From a virus: a stretch of DNA of 64,000 nucleotides. Position numbers and translations under genes: made by a program. Below the pieces are notes generated by a model. The model worked only from the letters and a program-made list of their open reading frames with translations. It searched no databases and was not told where the DNA came from. Shown here in pieces: positions 29,187 through 39,094 of the stretch. The stretch is from the IMG/VR virus record IMGVR_UViG_3300027244_000003, one strand, 5' to 3'. Position 1 is the stretch's first letter, and each line of letters opens with the position of its first letter.

Positions 29187-29922
29187 CGATAACGTATACT
29201 ATCATGGAATAATTCGAAAAAGCATTGTTGCTTTTGGTCGTTTATTCAGCGACATCTATATTGATCGCAAACAAGGTGACTCTGTTACTGGAACTACACT
29301 ACAGCGTTTGCAGATTCCTCTTGCCTATGCACCAAAAGAAAAATGGTTAGTTAGAATTGATGGAGATCCAACTTTAGAAAATAACGTAAACACTGTTCTC
29401 CCAAGAATGTCTTTTGAGATCACTGGTTACAATTATGATGCTGCTCGTAAGACTAATCGTATGCAGCAGATTAAATCTGGTAATAGTCTTAACAAATCAG
29501 TTATGTACACACCAGTCCCATACAACTTAGATATTTCTTTGTATGTGTTAACTAAAACACAAGAAGATGGTCTTCAAATTATCGAACAGATTCTCCCAAC
29601 ATTCACACCAGAGTATACATTAAGTGTTAATGCTGTGCCAGATATGGGTGTTGTTATTGATGTTCCCATTGTATTAAATTCTATTCAAGTACAAGATGAA
29701 TACGATGGCGATTTTCAAACTAGAAGATCAGTGGTTCATACATTAAATTTCCAAATGAAATTAAACCTATTTGGACCAATGTCAAATCAAGCAGTTATTG
29801 GTACTGTGTATGCCAATGTTGGTCAAAATGAAAACTTCGCAAATGCAAATAGAGTTTATACTGCAGAAGGTGATGTTACCACAGCTACTGTAACAACAGA
29901 AGACTGGACTTCGAATTTCTAA
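29179..29922 (+). CDS. gp15: Tail sheath stabiliser/terminator gp15
   Basis: IVAFGRLF, PLAYAPKEK, LPRMSFEI and QIIEQILPTF motifs. Confidence 0.9.
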   Translation: MLNDNVYYHGIIRKSIVAFGRLFSDIYIDRKQGDSVTGTTLQRLQIPLAYAPKEKWLVRIDGDPTLENNVNTVLPRMSFEITGYNYDAARKTNRMQQIKSGNSLNKSVMYTPVPYNLDISLYVLTKTQEDGLQIIEQILPTFTPEYTLSVNAVPDMGVVIDVPIVLNSIQVQDEYDGDFQTRRSVVHTLNFQMKLNLFGPMSNQAVIGTVYANVGQNENFANANRVYTAEGDVTTATVTTEDWTSNF

Positions 29923-29924
29923 AC

Positions 29925-31502
29925 ATGGCTGAAATTTATAATTCGAATTCGAACTTAAAAGCTGCTGGTGTAACTGTACAATTTACTCCAGAAAATATTC
30001 AAGAGTACATTAAGTGTTCTCAAGATTACGTTTACTTTATTGAAAACTATTGCTATATCGTTACACTTGACCATGGTCTTCAGTTGTTTAAACTGTATGA
30101 TTGTCAGAAAAATAAACTACATATAATCCATCAGAATCGTCGTGTGATTTTAATGGAAGGTCGTCAGCAGGGTAAGACAACTACATCAGCTGCATACATT
30201 TTATGGTATACCTTATTCCAAGCAAACAAAACTGTAGCGATTTTGGCTAACAAAGCTACATCTGCTCGTGAAGTTTTAAATCGTTATCAAACTATGTATG
30301 AATTGCTTCCTCAATGGATGCAACAAGGTGTCACTACTTGGAATAAAGGTGATATTGAACTAGAGAATGGATCTAAAGTATTCACTTCAGCAACTTCTGC
30401 TTCTGGTATTCGTGGTAAATCTGTTAACTTACTTTATGTTGACGAAGCTGCGATTATCCCAAATCAAGTTGCCGAGGAATTCTTTACATCTGTTTATCCA
30501 ACGATTTCTGCTGGACAGACTACTAAGATTCTTTTATCTTCTACACCACTCGGCTATAACCATTTCTGGAAGTTTTGGAATGATGCTGAAAATGGTCGCA
30601 ATGGGTTTACACCATTGTTCATTCCTTATTGGGAAATTCCAGGTCGTGATGATAAGTGGGCAGCTGAACAGAAAGCCATGCTTGGTGAACTTAAATATAA
30701 CCAAGAGGTTGCTTGTAAATTCCTTGGTTCTAGTTTAACTTTAATCTCTGCAGATGTTATCGCCAAGATGCCAGTCGATCCTATCATCTATACAAAAGAT
30801 GGATTGGATGTTTATGTTAAGCCACAGGCTGGACATACTTATTGTATGGTCTGTGACGTAGCAAAAGGTGTTGGTGGTGACTATTCAGCATTCCAATTAA
30901 TAGATATAACAGAAGTTCCATATAGAACAGTCGCAAAATACAGAAAGAATGATATTAGTCCTCTCTTATATCCCAATGTGATATACAAAGTGGGTAAAGA
31001 ATACAACGAAGCATACGTATTAATAGAAATTAACTCGAGTGAACAGGTCGCCCATATCTTATACTCAGAATTAGAATATGAAAATCTTCTATTCGTTAAT
31101 CGCCATAATATGGGTCAGTATATCGGTGGAGGATTTGGTGGAGGTAAAACTCAACTAGGTGTCAATACTGATAAAAAGATCAAAAGAATTGGATGTCACA
31201 ACTTCAAATCATTGATCGAAGAAAACAAGTTACTTGTAACCGATGCAGATACGATTTCTGAAATTTCAACATTTATAGAAATTAAAGGATCATATGCTGC
31301 TGATGAAGGATATCACGATGATTTGGTAATGCCTTTGGTGCTCTTTGGATGGGTCACAACTCAGCCGTATTTCAAAGACCTAAATAATGTTAACCTTAGA
31401 GAAATTATGTACAAAAAGCAAATACAAGCTATTGAAGAGGAATTGACACCATTCGGATTCTATGACGATGGAAGTCCTGAAAAGGCTCCACTGAATTTTT
31501 GA
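29925..31502 (+). CDS. gp17: Terminase large subunit gp17
   Basis: RQQGKT Walker A, LLYVDEAA Walker B, STPLG, DVAKGVGGDYS and HDDLVM motifs. Confidence 0.95.
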   Translation: MAEIYNSNSNLKAAGVTVQFTPENIQEYIKCSQDYVYFIENYCYIVTLDHGLQLFKLYDCQKNKLHIIHQNRRVILMEGRQQGKTTTSAAYILWYTLFQANKTVAILANKATSAREVLNRYQTMYELLPQWMQQGVTTWNKGDIELENGSKVFTSATSASGIRGKSVNLLYVDEAAIIPNQVAEEFFTSVYPTISAGQTTKILLSSTPLGYNHFWKFWNDAENGRNGFTPLFIPYWEIPGRDDKWAAEQKAMLGELKYNQEVACKFLGSSLTLISADVIAKMPVDPIIYTKDGLDVYVKPQAGHTYCMVCDVAKGVGGDYSAFQLIDITEVPYRTVAKYRKNDISPLLYPNVIYKVGKEYNEAYVLIEINSSEQVAHILYSELEYENLLFVNRHNMGQYIGGGFGGGKTQLGVNTDKKIKRIGCHNFKSLIEENKLLVTDADTISEISTFIEIKGSYAADEGYHDDLVMPLVLFGWVTTQPYFKDLNNVNLREIMYKKQIQAIEEELTPFGFYDDGSPEKAPLNF

Positions 31503-31520
31503 ATTGAAAACTTGTAAAAA

Positions 31521-31527
31521 CTAAATA
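31521..31527 (+). promoter_or_regulatory. Late promoter box CTAAATA upstream of gp18
   Basis: Intergenic; followed by a TAGACA...TGTCTA hairpin and AAGGAG RBS. Confidence 0.6.
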
Positions 31528-31584
31528 AAATGTAGACAAGAAATTTCTGTCTAAAGTAAAAACTTATTAACAAGGAGAATTACA

Positions 31585-33927
31585 ATGCCTTTCCAATTAT
31601 CTCCAGGCGTTGCAGTCGTAGAAAAAGATTACACATCGATCGTTCCAGCTGTATCTAGCTCTCGTGGAGCGTTTGCTGGTGCTTTCCAATGGGGTCCAGT
31701 TTTGGCTCCTACTCAGGTTAGTTCCGAGAACGAATTAGTTCGTTACTTCGGTAAACCAACTGATGCGAATGCGCAAGCCTTTTTTACTGCAGCGAACTTC
31801 CTGTCATACACAAATGCTCTCTTAATTTCTCGTGCAGACGTAACTGCAGCTAGAAATGCAGTTGCTACTCAAACTGGTACAGTTACATCAGTCACTATGG
31901 TGACTGGTGGTACTGGTTACGATGCAACTCTTTTACCTGCTGTTACATTTAGCGCACCTCAAATTACAGGTGGTGCAGCTGCAACTGGTACTGCAATTTC
32001 TTCTGGTGCTTCTGTTACTGGTGTCACTCTTTCAAATGGTGGTACAGGTTATAGTGCAGCAACCCTAACATTTAGCGCACCACAAGTTGCGGGTGGTGTT
32101 ACTGCTACAGGTACTGCTACTATCGTTGGTGGTTCAATTACTGGTATTATTGTTACTAATGGTGGATCTGGTTACACAACTGCCCCAACTATTAACATTA
32201 CTGCTAATGGTACTAATGCAGCGATCGGTACAGTTTCTCTAGGAACTGCCACTATTACTGGTATCACAGTAACTTCTGCTGGATCTGGTTATACCGCTGC
32301 TCCAAATATATCAGTCGCTTTTGCTGGTTCTGATCAGGGAACTGCATGGTCAGCTACTACAGCATTGGCTCAAAATGTTTACGTTTCTTTTGCTGGTAGA
32401 TTATATACAGTTACAGTAGCTGGAACAACAGGTTCTACTGGTCCATCTCATACAACTGGTAGTGTGGCTAACGGCTCTGCTACGTTATTGTTTGTTAGTA
32501 CTGCTGCTGCCGCAACTGCAGCTATTACTGTCGGTGGTTTAAAGATCAATAACAATAATGATTACTTGGCTGCTTATGGTAGTGGACAAGCTGTTGTTGG
32601 TGAATTTGCTGCACGTTGCCCTGGAACTTTAGGAAACTCACTATTAGTTTCTCTGGCTGACTCTGCATCTTTTGCTGGTTGGACTTATGCAGCAAATTTT
32701 GATGCTGCTCCTTCTACTTCAACATATGCAGCAAACAATAATGCTTCTTTAGATGAAGTTCATATTGTTGTTATTGATCAACTTGGTTACTTCACTGGAG
32801 TTCCAGGTTATGTATTAGAAAAATTTGCGTTTGCTTCTAAAGCATCTGATGCGAAAAAGTCTGATGGTACTAATAACTACTACAAAAATGTAATCAATAC
32901 AAACTCAGAATATATCTACTGGATGGATCATACAGCATCAGGTACAGATTGGGGAAGTACTGCAGTTGTTGGAGGTGCTTTTGTTACTGTTGGTACAGCT
33001 ATCACTCGTCAATTGTCTGGTGGTATTGATGGATTGACTGCTACTGCTGGTCAACTACAAACTGCTTATGCATTGTTTGCCGATGATGCTGCTTATGATA
33101 TCTCATTAGTTATGATGGGTAAAGCAGATGCAGCTACAACTGCTGCTGTTATTGGATCGGTTGCAGAAACTCGTCTTGATTGCGTAGTGTTTGCATCTCC
33201 ACAGAACACTTCTACTGGTGATCCAATTATTGGTTCTGGTTCTGGTTCTACAAATGCCATCATTGCTTACCGTAATGCACTTCCAAGTACTTCTTATGCA
33301 GTACTAGATTCTGGTTGCAAATATCAGTATGATCGCTACAATGACGTATATCGTTGGGTTCCATTGAATGGTGACATTGCTGGTCTATGTGCTCGCACTG
33401 ATTACCAACAAGATCCATGGTTCTCTCCAGGTGGTCTAAATCGTGGTCAGATTAAGAGTGTTGTTAAATTAGCACACAATCCTACTAAAGCAGATCGTGA
33501 TCTACTGTACAAAGCTGGTGTAAACCCAGTTGTTACTTTCCCAGGAGAAGGTACAGTTCTATTCGGTGACAAGACTCTCTTGGCTAAACCAAGTGCGTTC
33601 GATCGTATTAACGTGCGTCGTTTGTTTATCGTTATGGAAAAGGCGATTGCTACAGCTGCTAAATTCCAGTTGTTTGAATTCAATGATCCTTTCACTCGTG
33701 CTCAGTTTAAGAACTTGATCGAGCCATTCCTGCGTGATGTCCAAGGTCGTCGTGGTATTACAGACTTTAGAGTTAAGTGTGATGATTCGAACAACACAGG
33801 ACAAGTTATTGACGCAAATGAATTTGTTGCTGATATTTTCGTTAAGCCAAATCGTTCTATCAACTACATTACTTTGAACTTTGTTGCTGCTCGCTCTGGA
33901 ATTAACTTCAGCGAAGTCGGTGCGTAA
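31585..33927 (+). CDS. gp18: Tail sheath protein gp18 with inserted domains
   Basis: LSPGVAVVE, WGP, PWFSPGG and FDRINVRRLF motifs. Confidence 0.95.
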   Translation: MPFQLSPGVAVVEKDYTSIVPAVSSSRGAFAGAFQWGPVLAPTQVSSENELVRYFGKPTDANAQAFFTAANFLSYTNALLISRADVTAARNAVATQTGTVTSVTMVTGGTGYDATLLPAVTFSAPQITGGAAATGTAISSGASVTGVTLSNGGTGYSAATLTFSAPQVAGGVTATGTATIVGGSITGIIVTNGGSGYTTAPTINITANGTNAAIGTVSLGTATITGITVTSAGSGYTAAPNISVAFAGSDQGTAWSATTALAQNVYVSFAGRLYTVTVAGTTGSTGPSHTTGSVANGSATLLFVSTAAAATAAITVGGLKINNNNDYLAAYGSGQAVVGEFAARCPGTLGNSLLVSLADSASFAGWTYAANFDAAPSTSTYAANNNASLDEVHIVVIDQLGYFTGVPGYVLEKFAFASKASDAKKSDGTNNYYKNVINTNSEYIYWMDHTASGTDWGSTAVVGGAFVTVGTAITRQLSGGIDGLTATAGQLQTAYALFADDAAYDISLVMMGKADAATTAAVIGSVAETRLDCVVFASPQNTSTGDPIIGSGSGSTNAIIAYRNALPSTSYAVLDSGCKYQYDRYNDVYRWVPLNGDIAGLCARTDYQQDPWFSPGGLNRGQIKSVVKLAHNPTKADRDLLYKAGVNPVVTFPGEGTVLFGDKTLLAKPSAFDRINVRRLFIVMEKAIATAAKFQLFEFNDPFTRAQFKNLIEPFLRDVQGRRGITDFRVKCDDSNNTGQVIDANEFVADIFVKPNRSINYITLNFVAARSGINFSEVGA

Positions 33928-33933
33928 TTCAGA

Positions 33934-33940
33934 ATAAATA
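33934..33940 (+). promoter_or_regulatory. Late promoter box ATAAATA upstream of gp19
   Basis: Intergenic TAAATA box. Confidence 0.55.
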
Positions 33941-33964
33941 AAGAAAAGAACAAAGGAGAATTAA

Positions 33965-34552
33965 ATGGCAAATATTGCTGATTTCAAATCACAGATGATC
34001 GGGGGCGGTGCTCGTCCCAATCAGTTTAGAGTTGAATTATCTTTTCCATCATTTGTTACACTTGGTCCAGTAGCTGGTCAGCGTGCACAGTTTTTGTGTA
34101 AGGCTGCTCAGTTACCTGCTTCTACTTTAGAGAACATCTCTGTTCTCTTCAAAGGTCGCCCAGTTAACTTTGCTGGTGAGCGTACATTCCAACCATGGAC
34201 TGTAACAATTTACAACGATACTACTTTCGGTATTCGTAATGCACTAGAACAGTGGCAATCTGGTATCCAGAATTATGACACTACTCTTGGTCGCACAAAC
34301 CCAACAGACTATCAAGTTGATATGCAAGTGCATCAATTAGATCGTTCTGGTTCTATCATCAAGACTTATAAGTTTGTTGATGCTTATCCTACTAACATTT
34401 CTGCTATTGGTTTAGATTACGAACAGCAAAATGCTATTGAACAGTTTGATGTAGAGTTCCAATACAACTTCTTTACATCTGCTACAGGTGCATCTGGTGG
34501 CTTTGGAGTTAATGTTTCTATCGACACACCAGTTGGATCTATTCCTCTATAA
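33965..34552 (+). CDS. gp19: Tail tube protein gp19
   Basis: GGGARPNQF, CKAAQLP, AGERTFQPWTVT and QLDRSG motifs. Confidence 0.92.
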   Translation: MANIADFKSQMIGGGARPNQFRVELSFPSFVTLGPVAGQRAQFLCKAAQLPASTLENISVLFKGRPVNFAGERTFQPWTVTIYNDTTFGIRNALEQWQSGIQNYDTTLGRTNPTDYQVDMQVHQLDRSGSIIKTYKFVDAYPTNISAIGLDYEQQNAIEQFDVEFQYNFFTSATGASGGFGVNVSIDTPVGSIPL

Positions 34553-34572
34553 TTTAACCGAAGGTTTATATA

Positions 34573-36171
34573 ATGCAATTTTTTGGCTTCGAGATAAGTC
34601 GTAAAAAAGAGAAAGAACTTGGAAGTGTAGTACCTCCGAGTCCTCAAGATGGAGCAACCGTAATAAATACTGGCGTAAATGCTGGTGGTTATTACGGTAT
34701 GGTCATGGATCTGGATGGGGTCGTTAAGAATGAAAATGATCTTATTCGTCGTTATCGTGAAGTTGCTTCATACAGCGACTGCGATATGGCGATTGAAGAT
34801 ATTATTAATGAAGCAATTGTTACTGATGAACACAAACCATCAGTAGAGATCAACTTAGATGATCTAACTGTTTCAGAAAGTATTAAGAAAAAAATTCGTG
34901 AAGAGTTTAGGAATATTTTACGTGTTCTAAAATTTGAAGATTGTGGTCATGACACTTTTAGAACTTGGTATATTGATGGTCGTTTATACTATCATATCTT
35001 AATAGATGAGAAGAATTTAAAACAAGGTATTGTTGAATTACGTTACATTGATCCTCGCAAAATTCGTCGTATCAAAAACGTAGTTAAAGAAAAAACACCA
35101 CAAGGTGTTGAAGTTATAAAGAACATCGAAGAATACTATCTTTATAACGACAAGGGTATTACTGAAAGTACTACTCAGGGTATTAAGTTATCCTTAGATT
35201 CAGTAGTCTATGTACCATCAGGTTACTTAGATTCAAATACTGGAATGATGATGTCTTATTTACATAAGGCAATCAAACCAGTAAATCAGTTAAAGATGAT
35301 TGAGGATTCTCTAGTCATCTATCGTATTAGTCGTGCACCTGAACGCAGAATTTTTTACATTGATGTAGGTAACTTACCTAAAGTAAAAGCTGAACAATAT
35401 GTTCAGGACATCATGAATAAATTCCGTAACAAGATTGTGTATGATGCCACTACTGGCGAAACTCGTGATGATAGAAAACATCTTTCAATGATGGAAGATT
35501 TCTGGATGCCTCGTCGTGAAGGTGGTAAGGGTACTGAAATTACTACACTTCCAGGTGGTCAGAATCTTGGTGAGATTCAAGACATTGAGTATTTCCAAAA
35601 TAAATTATTCCATGCTTTAAATGTTCCAATTGGTCGTTTACAGGAACAAGCAGGATTTAGTATTGGACGAGCAACTGAGATCTCTCGTGACGAGATTAAG
35701 TTTCATAAATTTGTTGGTCGTCTTCGTAAGAAGTTTTCTAATATATTTACTGATGCATTATATGTTCAGTTAGTAGCTAAAAATATTATTCGTCCCGATG
35801 AATGGGAAGATTTAAAACATGAAATTAGATATGACTACATCGAAGACAATCATTATTCTGAATTAAAAGATAATGAAATTCTTAATGCTAGACTCGCCAC
35901 TCTACAATTAGTAGAACCATACATCGGTAAGTTTTATTCTATGGACTGGATTCGTAAAAATATTCTTCAGATGAATGAACAAGAAATGGAAGAGATGAGC
36001 AAACAGATGGAATCAGATGGTGAGATTCAGATGCAGCATGCTGAGATGGATGGAACTGTTGCAGCTGCGGCACAAGCAGCACAGCAGAACTTTTTACAGG
36101 CAAATGCACCACAAGCAGATGAAGCACCAACTGACCAAGGTAAACAAGATAATCAAGGAGTGAATAAATGA
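34573..36171 (+). CDS. gp20: Portal protein gp20
   Basis: WYIDGR, YRISRAPERRIFYIDVGN and EDFWMPRREGGKGTEITTLPGG motifs. Confidence 0.97.
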   Translation: MQFFGFEISRKKEKELGSVVPPSPQDGATVINTGVNAGGYYGMVMDLDGVVKNENDLIRRYREVASYSDCDMAIEDIINEAIVTDEHKPSVEINLDDLTVSESIKKKIREEFRNILRVLKFEDCGHDTFRTWYIDGRLYYHILIDEKNLKQGIVELRYIDPRKIRRIKNVVKEKTPQGVEVIKNIEEYYLYNDKGITESTTQGIKLSLDSVVYVPSGYLDSNTGMMMSYLHKAIKPVNQLKMIEDSLVIYRISRAPERRIFYIDVGNLPKVKAEQYVQDIMNKFRNKIVYDATTGETRDDRKHLSMMEDFWMPRREGGKGTEITTLPGGQNLGEIQDIEYFQNKLFHALNVPIGRLQEQAGFSIGRATEISRDEIKFHKFVGRLRKKFSNIFTDALYVQLVAKNIIRPDEWEDLKHEIRYDYIEDNHYSELKDNEILNARLATLQLVEPYIGKFYSMDWIRKNILQMNEQEMEEMSKQMESDGEIQMQHAEMDGTVAAAAQAAQQNFLQANAPQADEAPTDQGKQDNQGVNK

Positions 36172-36371
36172 GTGAAACAGTGAAAAATTTAGTAGATGCG
36201 ATTCAAGCCAAAGATGCAATTGGAACAGAGGCTGCATTTCAAGCAGCAATGGCAGAAAAGATTTCTGCTAGATTAGACAGTATGCGTCAAGACGTTGCAC
36301 AGAGTATGTTTAAAACTCAAGAGGTAGAAGTATCTACTGAAGAGCCAAACGCAGAAACAGAAGTAGAATAA
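36168..36371 (+). CDS. Prohead core protein gp67-like
   Basis: Small acidic helical protein directly after portal, as for T4 gp67; GGAG RBS. Confidence 0.55.
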   Translation: MSETVKNLVDAIQAKDAIGTEAAFQAAMAEKISARLDSMRQDVAQSMFKTQEVEVSTEEPNAETEVE

Positions 36372-36916
36372 TGCGTTACTACCAATTAACAAAATCTTTA
36401 AAGAGATCTGATGTTGTCGAAAGCATCAGATCTTACTCACATCTGATTGAAAGAACATCAGAAAATAAGATTTTGATTAATGGCGTAGAGTCAAAGTATA
36501 AAAGTTTGGAAGAAGCAAAAGATTTTATCAAACAAGAATATATCTCGCAAAAATTAGAAGAACAAGTATCAAAAGAATCATACGACGAATTATCAGACGA
36601 AAAAGTCGCTAGTATTATCAAAGAATACCATGATGTAAAAGTTACAGATACGTTAATAGAAACATATATTAAACTTGCTTCTTCCAACATTTTTAACGTA
36701 GACCCTGTTGTTCAGAATATTCGTTCTTTGAATAAACTTGACAGAATCGTTGAAGGTAAATTACACTACGTGCTTGCTGATGAAACTATTGTTGCAATTA
36801 ATCAGCAAACGCAAGATCACCTAAATAAGTTATTAGGTAATCAACCAGAGATTATCGAGTACATGAGAGAGTCAAAAGAGAACTTCTGTCATGTGCTTGA
36901 ACAAATAGAGGAATAA
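36371..36916 (+). CDS. Hypothetical protein in head module (181 aa)
   Basis: TAATG overlap; lies between portal and protease. Confidence 0.55.
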   Translation: MRYYQLTKSLKRSDVVESIRSYSHLIERTSENKILINGVESKYKSLEEAKDFIKQEYISQKLEEQVSKESYDELSDEKVASIIKEYHDVKVTDTLIETYIKLASSNIFNVDPVVQNIRSLNKLDRIVEGKLHYVLADETIVAINQQTQDHLNKLLGNQPEIIEYMRESKENFCHVLEQIEE

Positions 36917-36919
36917 CAA

Positions 36920-37378
36920 ATGGCTGTCACCAAGACTATTTTAAAGAACACTAATTTAGAGACTGTTGTCAAAATTAGTGGTACTGCAGCATCTGCTACT
37001 ATTAGTTTAGCAACTGATTGTTTAGCATCTACACAAGCACTTTCTGGTGGAACACAGACTGTTGACATCATTACTTCTCAAGTAACTGGTCTATTAAATT
37101 CTAGTATTACTGTTGTAAGAAACTCACTTCCTGTGTTAGCATTTGCACCAGAACACAATGGTTTGTTTAACTTTGAAGGTAATGGGTACAGAGATACTGT
37201 TGGAAATACATCTGATATCGTAGTAACAATCGGAGGTGCAGAAGCCCACATTTATCTCACACTTCGTAAAGTTGGTGGATATGCTACTAAAGTTGAAGAA
37301 GCTACTTACGGTGCTTACGAAGATGTTACTCGTGTTGGTGCTTCTACCACAGCAAGTGGTTCTCCAGATAAGGTCTAA
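36920..37378 (+). CDS. Hypothetical protein in head module (152 aa)
   Basis: GAGGA RBS; lies between portal and protease. Confidence 0.55.
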   Translation: MAVTKTILKNTNLETVVKISGTAASATISLATDCLASTQALSGGTQTVDIITSQVTGLLNSSITVVRNSLPVLAFAPEHNGLFNFEGNGYRDTVGNTSDIVVTIGGAEAHIYLTLRKVGGYATKVEEATYGAYEDVTRVGASTTASGSPDKV

Positions 37379-37380
37379 CT

Positions 37381-38037
37381 ATGAAACTAATTAGAGAAGA
37401 AGTTCAAGACACTAAATTTATCGTTGAAGATAAAGGTCTTGGTAAACCAAAACAATACTTCATTGAAGGTATCTTCCTTCAATCAGAACTAGTAAATCGT
37501 AATGGTCGTATGTACAAAGAAGGTACAATGGACAAAGAAGTTGGTCGCTATCTTAAAGAAGCCGTTGAAATGAATCGTGCTTATGGCGAACTTGGTCATC
37601 CAGATGGTCCAGGTATTAACCTTGATCGTGTATCACACATGATCACTTCACTACGTAAAGAAGGCACAAACTATATTGGTCGTGCTAAGATTTTAGAAAC
37701 TCCAATGGGTAATATTGCACGTGGTCTATTAGATGGCGGTGCAAATCTTGGAGTATCAAGTAGAGCAATGGGTTCTCTCAAACAAAACAATGAGGGGGTT
37801 CAGGTAGTTCAAGATGACTTTATGTTGTCTACAGCTGCAGACATTGTAGCTGATCCATCTGCTCCTGACGCATACGTCAGAGGCATCATGGAGAACAAAG
37901 AGTGGATATTTGTCGATGGAAAGTTTGTGGAACAACATATTGAAGAGGTTAAATCCTTTATTAAAAAGACTTCTTCTAGAAATCTAGAGGAAGCAAAGGT
38001 GCAGGCTTTCCAACGCTTTCTGAGTAAAATCAGATAA
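37381..38037 (+). CDS. gp21: Prohead protease gp21
   Basis: IEGIFLQ, NRNGRMY, GELGHP, GVSSRAMGS and DIVADPSAP motifs. Confidence 0.95.
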   Translation: MKLIREEVQDTKFIVEDKGLGKPKQYFIEGIFLQSELVNRNGRMYKEGTMDKEVGRYLKEAVEMNRAYGELGHPDGPGINLDRVSHMITSLRKEGTNYIGRAKILETPMGNIARGLLDGGANLGVSSRAMGSLKQNNEGVQVVQDDFMLSTAADIVADPSAPDAYVRGIMENKEWIFVDGKFVEQHIEEVKSFIKKTSSRNLEEAKVQAFQRFLSKIR

Positions 38038-38051
38038 ATAATAAATAAATA
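38034..38051 (+). promoter_or_regulatory. Tandem late promoter boxes upstream of gp22
   Basis: ATAAATA at 38034, 38041 and 38045. Confidence 0.55.
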
Positions 38052-38079
38052 ACAGAACTATCCAGTTAGGAGAACATAG

Positions 38080-39078
38080 ATGTCAATCGAACAAAAAATC
38101 GCTGAAATTTTAGCTGAGTCTAAGAAACAGAAATTAGACGAAGCCAAGTTTGCAGGTACTGAAGGTGGCAGCAAATCCACTAAAGAAAATGCTGAAGCTG
38201 GCGACCAAGCTGTAATTCGTACAGGTAACCCAGTTCCAAATGGTGGTAACACACCAAACCCAGACAATGCACGTAACAACGTACAAGACGAAAAAGATGC
38301 AGAAGATGCACCTACTGGTAAAATGAATCCACACAATGGAGATCAAAAACCAGTTCGCCCAATGAAAGAAGACATTGATGCAATGTTGGGTGATGCAGAA
38401 CTAACAGAAGAATTTAAAACCAAAGCAGCTACTATTTTTGAAGCAGCTGTATTGGCACGTGTCGCTGAAGAAGCTGCACGTATTCAAGAAGAATTCGAAG
38501 CGAAACTTGCTGAGCAAGTTGAGCAGAATACACAGGGAATTGTTGAACAAGTTGATGGATACCTCGGCTATATGGCTGAGCAGTGGATGGCACAAAATGA
38601 AATCGCCCTAGAGCAAGGCATGAAATCTGAAATTCTCGAAGGTTTCGTGAATGGTCTGAAAGGACTATTTGAAGAGCACTATATCGATATCCCAGAAGAG
38701 CGTTTCGATGTTCTTGGTGAGATGGAAAATAAAATTGCTGAATTAGAATCTAAAATTGACGAGCAAGTTGAAGCCAATATTGAGTTGACAAAAACTCTAG
38801 CAGAAGCAAAACGTGCTGAAATCGTTGGTACAGTAAGCGAAGGTTTGACAGATACTGAGACTGAAAAGTTTCTTTCTCTAGCAAAAGAAATCGCTTTTGA
38901 AGATTCTGAATCATTCGAAACTAAACTAAAAACTATTCGTGAAAGTTATTTTACTGCCAAGCAGTTAACTGAAGTTAAATCAGTAGTAACTGATGCTCCA
39001 GTAGAAGTGTTAACAGAGTCAAAGGCGAAAGCAGTTGATCCTGTAATGGCACAATATCTATCCGCACTCAACAAATAA
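38080..39078 (+). CDS. gp22: Prohead scaffold protein gp22
   Basis: EEFKTKAATIFEAA, VDGYL and LFEEHYIDIP motifs; precedes the major capsid gene. Confidence 0.9.
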   Translation: MSIEQKIAEILAESKKQKLDEAKFAGTEGGSKSTKENAEAGDQAVIRTGNPVPNGGNTPNPDNARNNVQDEKDAEDAPTGKMNPHNGDQKPVRPMKEDIDAMLGDAELTEEFKTKAATIFEAAVLARVAEEAARIQEEFEAKLAEQVEQNTQGIVEQVDGYLGYMAEQWMAQNEIALEQGMKSEILEGFVNGLKGLFEEHYIDIPEERFDVLGEMENKIAELESKIDEQVEANIELTKTLAEAKRAEIVGTVSEGLTDTETEKFLSLAKEIAFEDSESFETKLKTIRESYFTAKQLTEVKSVVTDAPVEVLTESKAKAVDPVMAQYLSALNK

Positions 39079-39094
39079 TAAAGGAAAACTAACT

